DNA of 64,000 nucleotides from Oikopleura dioica (Eukaryota > Animalia > Chordata). Position 1 is the first letter of the stretch. Every line of letters begins with the position of its first letter. The notes beneath the pieces are model-generated. The model was not told the DNA's origin and did not search any database. It saw nothing but the letters and a program-made list of their open reading frames with translations. The DNA lies in the NCBI GenBank assembly GCA_907165135.1, contig OU015566.1:11098001-11162000 (forward strand), in the 5' to 3' direction. Shown piece by piece: positions 36,048-47,600 of the stretch. The position numbers were made by a program, and so were the translations under genes.

Positions 36048-36623
36048 TCACAAAAATAATTTTTTCTAGCTAAAGAAAATTTCTGCTTTTCGTTCGCTTT
36101 TCTCGATATTTACTCTAATTCGGAAGAGTGGATTTGAATTTTTTCTTTTTTCACTGGGAGGAAAACACGACTTGACGTCATGCGCAAACAATAGTCGAGC
36201 TTTTGGGAAATTTCCAGCGTTTCTCATTTTATTGTGCGATGTGGTCTTTACGAGAATTGTGGGTGGGTAAAGTTGAACTCAGCAGTCTAGGTCTGATTTT
36301 ACGAGACATTATTTGTCAATTAGTATTCTTCTTATCAAACTTGCAAAAGTTAATCGGATACTGAGCAAACTTGAAAGACAGGTGCACGATGCACCAGTCC
36401 GTAAACGCCGTTCCAGATGAGCATAAACATGTCTTATCGACCGATCTTTTACGACCGGCACGGTAACTGGAGCGGAATTCGAACCAACTGGTCAGCCACT
36501 TGAGGGCTAGCAAAACCTTCATAAGCGAGCTCGATTCTGCTTTCCTCATCAAATCATCAACTTCCTCTACTACAACAAGCAAAAACAGAGAGTAAAACAG
36601 AAAAAAAACACAAAAACTCCAAA

Positions 36624-37532
36624 ATGAATATCTTCGGCCTCTTTTTCACTTGCGCCTATGCTCTCGACGACATGCTCCTTGTCATGATGATGCAACAGCA
36701 ACAACAAGTTGCTCCTCATCAGTCAAACCAGATGAACAATCTTCTCCCGCTTTTGCTCCTCGATTCTGGCAACTCGACTGACAACTCTCTCGCCCTTATG
36801 ATGATGATGATGCAAGGCGGTAGCACTAGCGACATGAACTCGATCCTTCCTCTTCTCCTTCTCTCCGACGACGATGGAAGTAGCGACGGAATCGACTTCA
36901 CCAGCTTCTTCCTTTACTCGTCGATGCTCCAAACTGACTGCGAGACCTCAACTGATGACCAGTTTGCTTCCATGCTCCCTCTTATGCTTCTCGGTGGCGA
37001 CGATGACTCCTCTTCTGACCTCATGCTCATGCTTATGATGCAATCTATGGGCAACTCACCAGTTGGCATGGACAACATTCTTCCCATGATGTTCCTCTTC
37101 GACGATGACAACAACTCTACTGACTCTGTTCTCCTCATGGTTCTTCTCAACTCGATGACTGGCGGCCTCAACACCCAGCAAGGATTCGACAACAACTTCA
37201 ACATGATGCTTCCTCTCCTTCTCATGGACGATTCCGATGATGACAGTTCCATTGACATGCTCGTTCTCATGATGGCCATGCAGTCCCAAGCTCCTGGTTC
37301 TGCTTTTGGCACTGATATGATGCTCCCTCTCCTCCTCATGGACGACGACAGCGACAACGAGACTCTCCTCTTCTTCATGATGATGAACCAGGGCAAAACC
37401 GTCTGCGAGCCCGCTTACGTTGAACCTGTCTACGTCGAACCCGTTGTTCCTGAGCCACAAGTCCAGACCGTTTACCGAACCTGGCGAGTCAACGCTGACG
37501 GCACGCGAGAACTCATCGACGAAACCTCCTAA
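36624..37532 (+). CDS. Intronless secreted Met/Leu/Asp-rich repeat protein (302 aa)
   Basis: Uninterrupted ORF with strongly biased C-ending codons, signal peptide MNIFGLFFTCAYA, six LP(L/M)(L/M)(L/F) repeats each followed by an Asp cluster, and AATAAA downstream (~37660). Confidence 0.88.
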   Translation: MNIFGLFFTCAYALDDMLLVMMMQQQQQVAPHQSNQMNNLLPLLLLDSGNSTDNSLALMMMMMQGGSTSDMNSILPLLLLSDDDGSSDGIDFTSFFLYSSMLQTDCETSTDDQFASMLPLMLLGGDDDSSSDLMLMLMMQSMGNSPVGMDNILPMMFLFDDDNNSTDSVLLMVLLNSMTGGLNTQQGFDNNFNMMLPLLLMDDSDDDSSIDMLVLMMAMQSQAPGSAFGTDMMLPLLLMDDDSDNETLLFFMMMNQGKTVCEPAYVEPVYVEPVVPEPQVQTVYRTWRVNADGTRELIDETS

Positions 37533-37765
37533 GCAACCTTACTTTCGAATTTCATTTTCATTCACTGATGAAGTCAACTGTTCGACTTTATTTATTTCTT
37601 TATTTCTTCTTTGTTTTCCTATTGCCACTTCATTCGATACTTTCACCATACAATTCAGAATAAATAAAAACATAAAAAATCATTTTCAGATTAATTTATT
37701 TTGCATGCTTTTCCAATAGAATATGTACAGAATTATGAGAAATAGATGATTGTTCAGAGATGAAC

Positions 37766-39345
37766 TCAAAAAGTAAACATCAGGAGGCTTACCAAGCTGA
37801 ATCCAAGCGCAAATGTTCCACTTCCGGTGTCGGCTGCATCGGAGAAGAGAATGACTCCCTCCTCTTGGAACGTTTTGATCGGAACCTTATCGTCATTTCT
37901 TGCGAGAGACTTTTTCGCGTATCTGCTGTGGAAGAGATTGTCGTATCGATTCGGGCACACTTCGGACAAGTGACAGGGTGATCCAGGGTTAGTTTTCCCG
38001 AAGACATCAAGAGGGCAGAGGACCATGTCGCAGGAGTATTTGATCTATAAAGTTATGAGCTCTTTATCGACTCTGAGAGACTTTACCTTCCATGCGCCGT
38101 TGAGATCCATCACTTTCAAATTGAATTGATCATTCACGTATGTGTTGGCCTTTGATGTCCACTCACTTCGTGAGGATTTTTGTGAGTAGTAAAAGATTTC
38201 GTTGTCGATGCAGCCATCATTTAAAAAGGCGAAGGTTCCAGAGGGAGTGTCCTCGAAGATGGGATTGCCAGCATCGTCTTCGCCGATTTTTTGAAAGTTG
38301 TTGCTTGTGCATTCTCTAGAATCAAATGAAAATTAAAACCAAACTGGAATTGAATTTTACCTGAGATGCATGATGTGAGACTCGAGCTCGCTTACATCGC
38401 TAGCGTAGTGTTTAGCTTCCACAAAGAGTCCGTTGTTTCTGCTATCATCGTCAAGTTCGATAATTCCTCCTTTGTACTCTTCCGAAAATTCTTGATCGAC
38501 GAATGCGGTTAATGAGAAGGGGATGTCACCATCATATTCAAACCAATCGTAATCTCTGCTGGATTCTGGATTTGGATCAATCCAGCCATTGTCAGACGCT
38601 TTCAAGCGGCACTGGAATTGGTTGGAAACGCCGCCTCGAAGAATTCCTTCGTAACCAAACTCGTTTACAACCCAGTAATCGTCAAATCCTAATAAATTTG
38701 GTAAAATTTTCAACGACTCGTCAAGTAATTACCGATGTAAAAGTCGACAATGTAGGTCAAGCCATTAATTTCACTGAAAATGTGGCTGAAGTCGAATTCA
38801 TCCTTGCACAATGGATCGTTGACATGTTTCGTGAATCGGACTTTACTTCCACCTTGGATCTCTTCGCCGACACATGTGCTGTCGTGGAATTGTTTGAAAG
38901 GAGTGTTGGGTACGTGCAGATCGTGTTTAGTTTTAGAGATGAGTGTAACTTTGCGTTTTTCATCGTCATCGTCAGGTCCGTCGATCCATGGTTGCCTGTT
39001 TTTGACGACAGCATCGATGTAGAAGTTTCCATCGTTGTCGAAACCGCAGGTGAGTCCATCAGGGTCGCAAAAATAGCCTTCAACATCGTTCGATTCGTGT
39101 CCAGATCCACTACCAGTGCTTCCTTGAGGATTGAAGACAGCGTAGGTAGTGCCAGTTGGACAATTACTAGCAGAAACGCATTTGTACAAGTCACAAGAGT
39201 CCTTGTCCACAGAGCAAGCGTATTCGCCTGAACATTTCATCTCATTTGGGCAGTCGGCTGCATCTGGGTATAGGAAGCGTCGGACTTTGTTGCAGTCGGT
39301 TTCAGCTGAGGAAAGTGTCGCAAGAAGCGGAATAAAAAGCTTCAT
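37766..39345 (-). CDS. ZP-domain protein, paralog B (inverted duplicate of 27201-28770)
   Basis: MKLFIPLLATLSSAETDCNKVRR... is colinear with paralog A, with the same intron positions and C-terminal MVLCPLD...RYDNLF...hydrophobic tail. Confidence 0.85.
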
Positions 39346-39754
39346 TTTATTTTTGTTCTGTTCTCTTTCAGAATGAGAAACTGAGGGCTCACCGTCGTTT
39401 ATATTCACTTTGTTAGTGTTTATTCTCTCCTTATCACCTCCGGTGGTGCATCAAAAAAGGGAAAACATTATTTGTTTTAATAATTCCAGCGGTCATAGGA
39501 AATGTTGAAAATGCAGTCAATTAGTAGCCTGTTGCAATTCTCAGTAGATTTCGAACCATGAACTCTCCTAGCGCTATCCTATTAGCCCCGAAACGTGCAA
39601 AAACTGCGGAATGTCAGAAAAAAAATAAACATTACTAGCGTCATTTGTGAGCTTTACGATGACGATCTACTTGTAGCAAGACGGTTCCGATAAATCTGGA
39701 TTTTTGCGATTTCCGTAAAAGAATAATCATCACAAAGAATTTGTGCACTAAGAT

Positions 39755-41571
39755 TTATTTCATCAGGCTTTCATGTGCTTCTCGCAGCATGCCTTCTATA
39801 GAACCAGAACTGTAGCTCAAATTATATCTTTTCGAAAGAAATCTCATATCATCAAGATGTTGGCACATCAGAGGTCCGTTTTTGAGTGCATTAGGCGGTG
39901 CTCTATTCGTTTTCTTTCGTAAAATACCACTGAAGGACAATATAAAATAGATCAGTTGATTCTTCTCTCACTAACGGTTAGTGACTAACCTGATGTATTT
40001 CTGAGGCTGGTAAAAGTATCGAGTTTGAGGTATCATTTCAACAATATCTTTGACCACATCTCTCGATAGACCAAAACAGCCAGCTTGGCAATAGGTTGGA
40101 TAAAACTCCATCGGATACATTTCTTCTGAAGCTCCAAATTTTCCTTTTCGTTGAACTTCGTCGTAGAATCGCACTTGGGAACAGACCGACCAGTCGCGTT
40201 TATTATCTCCAAGACCTTCAATGTTTAAATATTATTTTCTTTCTTCTCCGAGGCTTACCGACAGTCTCCGACCACTGCGACATATCAATGTAAGTCCTTG
40301 AGTCGGACAAAACAACGACAGGCGTGTTATCTGATAGAACCTTATCAAACCATTTCAAGGACATCAGTGATACAAGTGTCTTGTTATACGCATTCTCCTT
40401 GATATCGTATTGCACGATGTCGTTGTTTTCTTCGGCCTCGATTTGAATTTCGATATTATTTACTGGCTGCTCTGCGCGTCCCAGATGGAAAATTACTGTA
40501 GCTCCCACTTCTTTCATCTGCAAAAATATTTATCTTATATGATATAAGTTATATCAATCTCTCAACTACCTTGCTTCCGTATGTTTCTCTTATAGCACGC
40601 CTTTTGGCAACTTCTAAAAGCTCAGAATAGACCATCACAGCGAAACCGAAGTCATCCTTGTGAATCTTCGGCTGAATAAGGATGTCGAAATTTCGAAAAC
40701 TCGAAACATCTTCAGACGTGGCATATTTTTCTGGTAGCTCCCAATCTTTCAGTTCTGGTTGTATCCCGACTTCATCTTCTGCCGGTTCTCTGGATTCTTT
40801 TTTGAAATGCCGGCCAGGCTCGATTGACTGTTTGCTGATAGAAATTTCTCTTCCTTGATTTCATTAATGATGTCTATCAACTATCCTCTGGAGGAATTTC
40901 TTCAAGGAAGTCAGGAGTTCCAGCAGAAAGTTCTTTTTGTTCCTTCACAACGTGGACATTATCAACTGTACTTCTGACAGTTGGAACATGGTCAATTTGA
41001 CTATCCTCAAACTCCGGAATCTGTGTAGTTCCCAAATGTGGCTCTGGTGCGTCAGGAATTGAATCAGCAAATTGTTTCAACATCTCACGTTCTTCTTTCG
41101 GTGATTGGGACTTCTTCACCGGTGCCTTTTGTATCGGCTCTTTTACTGGAGGCTTATTGCCCGCTAATGACGGGAGATTGAGCGGAGAAGAGTCAGCGGA
41201 AGCGGGCCTTTGTGAACGGTCTACGAGCGGAGCAGGTGCAGGTAGTCTTTCTGAATGAACTCGGTTTTATTCATTTTTATGGGTTCTCAAATGTTACGAA
41301 TTCTTCCCACAGTTAGATTATGGTCTAATTTTGGACATGAGAGCTTCTTACCCTGATTTTTAGCCACATTCCTGTGACTGGGAACATGCAAAGAATCTGT
41401 AAAATCATTCGATATCCTCCTTTGAAAATATCCCTCAAGTTCAAACTCCAACTCCGCCACCACTCGATCGCAGCTTCTCTTTTGTTCAAAGATCACGTAC
41501 AAAAAGCCAATGTTTAGGCAGATGCATAAAAACGTGCACGTAAGAATGCAGCCGATAAAACTCGACGTCAT
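39755..41571 (-). CDS. GT31 (beta-1,3-galactosyltransferase family)-like type II membrane protein with degenerate catalytic motifs
   Basis: N-terminal TM (FIGCILTCTFLCICLNIGFLYV), acidic/Pro-rich stem, AKRRAIRETYG, EAEENNDIVQYD..ENAYNKTL..LKW and YPTYCQAG. Start codon uncertain. Confidence 0.78.
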
Positions 41572-41942
41572 TATTTTCTCGCTGAACCTTGAGTGAGATA
41601 ATATTCTGCTTCGGAGATTCGATAACGGTGATGGAACATATCCAGGGGCCGGAATTCGACGGCGCAAATGTTATTCATTGAACTTTTCATAAACAAAGAT
41701 TTTTTAAATTTCACATTTTCTGAATTAGTGGCTCGTAACAAGTCTTACAATAAAAAATTTTAAATGGTGAACGAGAGGTCATGATTTAATCAAAATGAAA
41801 CGTGTCTTCGAGTCTTTTTTGAAATGTTAAATCTATAAATTCACAATCCTTCAAAGCGGCGGCCTGACGGCTATCTTGAAAATGGCTAAATTTATTACGA
41901 ACATGTCCCAGTGAAAAATTGGTTAACCAGAAGAATATTTTC

Positions 41943-42917
41943 TCATTGTGTGTTGTTTACAATCTGTCGAGTGGCACCATATGCGGACATGCCTTTTTGA
42001 CTGGCGACCTGGTTGGATCCCATCTAAAAGAAAAAATAAACGTAAAAATGAGTAAAAACGCATTTATAAAACCTGGAGGCCGATGATATTCTGGCCAGAT
42101 TTGAGTTGCTCCTCGGAGAACTCTCGCTTGTTCTCTGAACCCTGTTTGATGCCGATAGTAGGACCGGAGTAGCCTTGCTTCTGAGCCTGTCCGCCGAGTT
42201 TGTAAAGAGTGGATTGAACCTGAGCAAGGTTGGTTCCATCAACAAGATCGACAGTCTTTCAAAAAAATTAGCGAATGTATCATTAAATCGTTGACTACCT
42301 GGAAAAGATCGGCCTTGTTGCATCCGTATGCTTCAGCAGCAGAAAGGAAAAATGAAATATTTTCGTTTTCTTTGTTCTGTCGCAGAGCCTAAACAACGAT
42401 TTAATCTCAAGCTCACGGAGCACTTTCAACAAAGCACGATTTGAAATGAACAAGCTTCAACTTACAGCGAGCTTTGTCTTGGAAGTATCGTGTGGCTTTC
42501 GGCAGGAGCCCTCTTTCAGACTGTTCATGAGGGTGCAGAGGACGACGCCGCTTCTGAGGAAGTCCTTGAATGCATCTGGTCCCTGAGCAGAGGGAGCAGG
42601 AACACTGGTAACATCGCAGATCCACTGGACGATTTCTACCTAAAGAAATTATTGACGTACATATTTTCGTCTTTTGCTGGTAGTTTCTGGCAAATATTTG
42701 CACAGATTGTGTGGACACAGCTCTTTTCTTTTGAATTCTTGCGAGAATTGAGTATCCATGAAGATTCTTCAATAACGCGAAATCAATCATTTTCATTTAT
42801 GATTTCAAGTTAGGTTGAATATCAAAACAAAAGTACCTCGTCCTCGACAGAGTATTTTGCAGCATTCTTCTCAGCGAGTTCTCGGGTAAGTCCGTATCCC
42901 TGTGGTCGAGTGGTCAT
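41943..42917 (-). CDS. TAGLN: Transgelin/calponin/myophilin family CH-domain protein
   Basis: Spliced product MTTRPQGYGLTREL...IVQWI...FLRSGVVLCTLMNSL...ENISFFL.AAEAYG...DLFQTVDL...GQNIIGLQMGSNQVASQKGM (CH domain plus calponin repeat). Confidence 0.9.
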
Positions 42918-43390
42918 CTTTAAAAAAGTCTATTTGCAGCTGGTGGCCTGGTGAATGTAAAATTCAGAATTTTATTCTGCGGTAAGTGTGCCGTGTCAGC
43001 GCCGGTTAAATGTTGCTCGACTGAAGGGCGCCACCTGAAAAGCTTGTCCATCAGCAAAGTCGAGCGCTGCGTGGAGTCACATCCTCTCGTCGACAACCTG
43101 CCCTATTTAAAAGTTTACTGATAATATGCCGGCTAAAAGGGTCGTCTAATTATCGAGGCGTCATGGTCTAGGAATGTGCTAGGAAAACTGCCTGGAATGC
43201 CTTGCAAAATATCCTGCTTGAATGAAGAGAAAGAAGACTCTGATGCATTTTTTTGAACAATGAAATTTATTGAATATGAATGGAACTTAAGGAAAAGTCG
43301 GAAGTATGACACGGATAAAATATGCGATTATGTTTCTTTTAGTATTTTGTTGTGTTTCAGGAGAGGTCGTAAGAGAAGAAGGAATGATTT

Positions 43391-44457
43391 TCACCACCAC
43401 TGGATGATTATTGTATAGAGGCTTCTGCGACAGTAACCGAAATCTTTCTCAAGAAGTGGTTCATCACAGATTCCAACGCAATGTGCTTCTGTATTGGTGT
43501 AGCCAAGGCTTCTGAGGTCTTCCATAAGGCAGTGGATCTTTCAAACGGTTTTTATTTAGAGTTATTTTTAAGATATTTAGGATGATAAAACCGTGTCAAA
43601 TCTGGCACATTGGGATCGCCTTGCCATGGTCCGAACTCGAGATCCACATCGCACCTATGTTCAGTCATGTTTTCGGCTTTGTCTTTGAAAACCGCAATTT
43701 TCATCTTTGACTTCCTGGCACCACCCTGTGCAAGGGCCATTTCTTTTGCAAGTCGGATGAGCTCGTCAAACTTTTGGCTGTATTTCAAAGATCCTAAGAA
43801 TACGATGATACCAGACATATTCGAGTACAGAGAGGTGAAATAGAATGATATTGAATCGAACGTCAAGATCATAACTTACACAACACCAGTCTGTACACTA
43901 CCTGTACCTCGCAGAAAACAATCACGGACTAGTTTTCCAGCTACTGGCTGCGTAACTGACAATTTTTCTAAAAGAATATTAAAATCCTTCTCCAAAAGGC
44001 AAACCATACCAATGAGGTAGTCGAATGAGAGGTAGAGGGCTTCATTATACACTTTCAGGAAATGGCATCTGGGAGGTAAAGCATCGGAGCGCATGAAGTC
44101 GAGAATATGGCAAAAAACTTTTGCAAGAGGGTAAATGCTTCCGAATTTCTCAAGCATCGGGTGTGTTTTTATCTCTTTCCTTCTGGATCTCGGTCGATAA
44201 AATATCGCCCATTTGCGTCTTTTACGACTTCGAATTTCCCACTAAACATGGAGGAAAACATGCTCTTATATTTCCGCATTGTCGACAACCTAGAAACATT
44301 TTTATGCTCAAAACTGCTTTAATAGATCTTACGATGTTGTGAAATTGCTCCCACCGACGTTGAGTTCGAGGATCGCTGGGAAAGAAAACTCCTCCAGCTG
44401 TTGAGGAATGTGCTTCATTTCGTCTTCGGCAAATGATATCGTCTTGATCTCCTCCAT
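43391..44457 (-). CDS. KCTD7: BTB/POZ-domain protein KCTD7/KCTD14-like
   Basis: LNVGGSNFTTSRLST...SMFSGKF...GRYFIDRD..FCHILDFMRSDALPPR, HRCDVDLEFGPW and terminal IQWW. KCTD7 versus KCTD14 cannot be resolved. Confidence 0.82.
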
Positions 44458-44644
44458 ATTTTCATCTAATGCAGTCGCGATAACTGTCTAAAAGAAATCA
44501 CGTCTAATCTGAGCAAATATGTATTATGCAAATATTTCCTAGCGTTATTTAGTACAAATGATATCATAATCTCTCCAGTAGCATAAAATAAAAACTTTGT
44601 ACAGAAAAATTTCGCTACAGGGTAAATGATTGGTGAACTTTAAA

Positions 44645-47600
44645 TTAGTGAGCTCCGCCACGTCCTCGGAATGGTGGCCGACCTCGGAAACCTCCTCGGC
44701 CTCGGAAGCCTCCATTGTCGAAGCCACCGTGGAATCCGCCGCCACGGAATCCGCCTCGTCCTCGGAATCCGCCACGGCCCCGGAAACCATTGTCGAAGCC
44801 ACCTCCTCTCGGAGGGCCGTTAAATCCTCCTCGTTGATGGCCCATGTCATGCATTGGCGGACCATTGTCGTGGTGATAACCAGGCCGTTCTGGCTGCTTC
44901 GTAGCCTGAAATATTCTCTCACTAAATATGGACGACCATTATCGCTAATAATATCAATTTATTGCACTTGGAAACTATTCTCGGCGCGAATTGGCAAATA
45001 ATCGTAAAGTTAACTTTCAAAAGATCTCACCTCTTGCACGACGAGCTCTGGTGGTAAATGGGCTGGCATGTTTTTCGCGCGTTCTTGGGCGGCACGTGGC
45101 AGTGTGGAAATGATGTCGTCGTAAGAATCGTTGTTTGAGAGCTGAGGCGGCGGCTGGTTTCCGCCAAAGACGCGTCCTGGAGAATCGTGGTAGTTCGAAG
45201 ATTGAGGTGGAGATCGAGAACGAGGAGGCGAATGCGCGCGACGTTTACTTGGCGGAGGAACACCGCTGGCACTCGTTTGGACGGACGGATTTTCGAAAAG
45301 TTTCGCTTTGAGATCAGCGAAGACCTCATCTTTCGTCATATTCGACTAAATTGTTTGCTTTACTTTTAAATTCCTTGGCGACGAACTACCTTCATGAATT
45401 TATCAACAGTGGAAGGAATATATTCGGTTTCTTCATTTGCCCGTTTTTGGGCTTTTCGTGGGTCTTCCTGGAATCGAGGGGGAGGTGGACGATCGTACGG
45501 ATTCGAACTAGAAATTGTACTAAGCCCTCTTTTTATTCTAATCAATCATTACCTGTACGGAATTTTAGGGATAGGAGATTCGTACGAGGCATTATTTTGG
45601 TCCCCATTTCTTCGTTCATTCGTCTAAAATATCTCTTGAATAATTGCACGAAAGATAACGACACGTTGATAATTTTATGATCTGATGGTTATTATTGGCA
45701 ATACAGTATTGCCAATACTCCAATAATATGAACATACCGGTGTTCGATTGTATGGATTGTCCCTGTATGGGTTCGAGTTGCCTTGGTCAGCCGAGTTGCG
45801 ACCAGAAGAGTATGAGTTTGTGCTTCGGTCGTTTGAAGAATATGGATTCGATGCGTAGGGATTGGAATCTCTTTGTGAGTCATGAGAGCTCTTTGATTCT
45901 TGAGACGCCCCGTATGATTGATTGCTCCGCTGAGAGTCATTGTAAGGATCCTTGTTGTATGAAGAATTGAAAGAACTGTTTTGAGTAGGCTCTGACGGAT
46001 CGTATTTATCATAACCGGAGCTGGATCTTGGTGTAGGTTTGTTCCCTCCATTTCCATAAGTTGCTTCTTGAGATCGTCGAGGATCGCCTCGAGGATCATT
46101 TCGAGATTTGTTCGATCGATCATCACGAGGATCATCACGAGGATCATTTCTTGAGTTATTTCGAGGATCGTTTCTTGAACCCATTCTGGAATCGTTTTGA
46201 GGAGCGTTCCAGCCGTCATTTCCAGAGTCATTACGAGGAGCGGTCCGAGGGTCATATTGGGAATTATTCCTTGGATCGCTTCTAGGATCGTTTCGTTGAT
46301 CTACGCGAGAATCATTTCTGGGGGCGTTTCTTGGATCATTTCGAGGGTCACCCATTGCTCCTCGTTGATCTCCTCTTTGGTCATTTTCCCTGTTTGGATA
46401 AGAGTTGTCTGATCGACCAAACTTCTGATTATCAATCGGGGGCCTGGAAGACTGATTAAAATTCGATGAAGGAGGTCCTTCTCGTGACGATTGCTGATAG
46501 CTGCCTGCACTGCGTCTAGGATCTCCCTGATTTCGGGACATGTTAGTTTGAGAAGAGGGCTCATCCCGATATCCGCGATTGTTGCGATCATGGTCCAAAC
46601 TTTTGCGAGCATATTCGCTGCGTGGCTCAGCACTTGATCGAGAATCAGACCTTCGATCATCACGACGAGGATCCCACGCTTGATCAGAACTCGCTTCACT
46701 TCGCCGTTTATAATTTGACTGAGAGTCGTTGGATCGATTTAATGAGAGGCGATCCATGCTTCGAGTTGCGGAGACGGGAGCTACTGACTTCATATTCTTG
46801 GCATACATATCCAGCGCTGCAATCGCCCGTTCTTGAACTTGAACTACGAATTTCAAGCCTCGTGGAATGCGGACTCCTCTGAGACACGCGGGAGGTCCGT
46901 CAGCTCGTGGAGGTCCTCGATCAGTGGGCCTTCCTCCGCGACCATAATCATTACTTTGGTCTCTGCGTCGATCATCCCTTCGTGGCGAAGAACGTCTACG
47001 GCGATCATCCCTGGGCGAACGAGAACGGCGTCGACGTCTTTCGCGACTTCGATCTCGACTACGATCCCGACTTCGATCTCGTCGACGTGAACGATCTCGA
47101 CTGCGCGATCGTGTTCGCGTTCGACGTCTACGAGCTGGAGACTTAGATCTAGAGCGTTTTCGGTCAACTGGAGGAGTAACTCGTTTAGTCAAATCAACGA
47201 CTGGTTCTTTTGGTTTCAGGAATTCTTTGAACTCCTTGTTGTATTCCTCCACAAGCTTTGTCGCTTCTTCTTGCTCAAGTTCAAGAAACTTTACTTTATT
47301 GAAGACACCGTCATTTCCTTCAGGCGCGAAAAACTCTGCTTTCATTCTCTTCAGCTCAGCTTCTGGAAACTCAAGCTCTCCAGCTGCGACTTTCAATGCC
47401 ATTCTTTCAACGCGTACCTCCTCTTTCGGGACAACAATCATAGCCTGACAGTAGTAACCAGCTTTTTGAAAGGGAGCAAAGACAGTGCGTCGCTGAACCG
47501 GAAGGGTATTACAATCATCGACAATTACATCACGACCAGCGGCGATGGCTTTCTTCAGTATCACTTGAAGGGCTTCAATGGCTTTCTCCTTCTTGAATTT

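Noticed and set aside
36316-36582. 88-aa minus-strand ORF upstream of the Met-rich gene
   Set aside because: Non-ATG start, no motifs and no splice support; more likely promoter/5' region.
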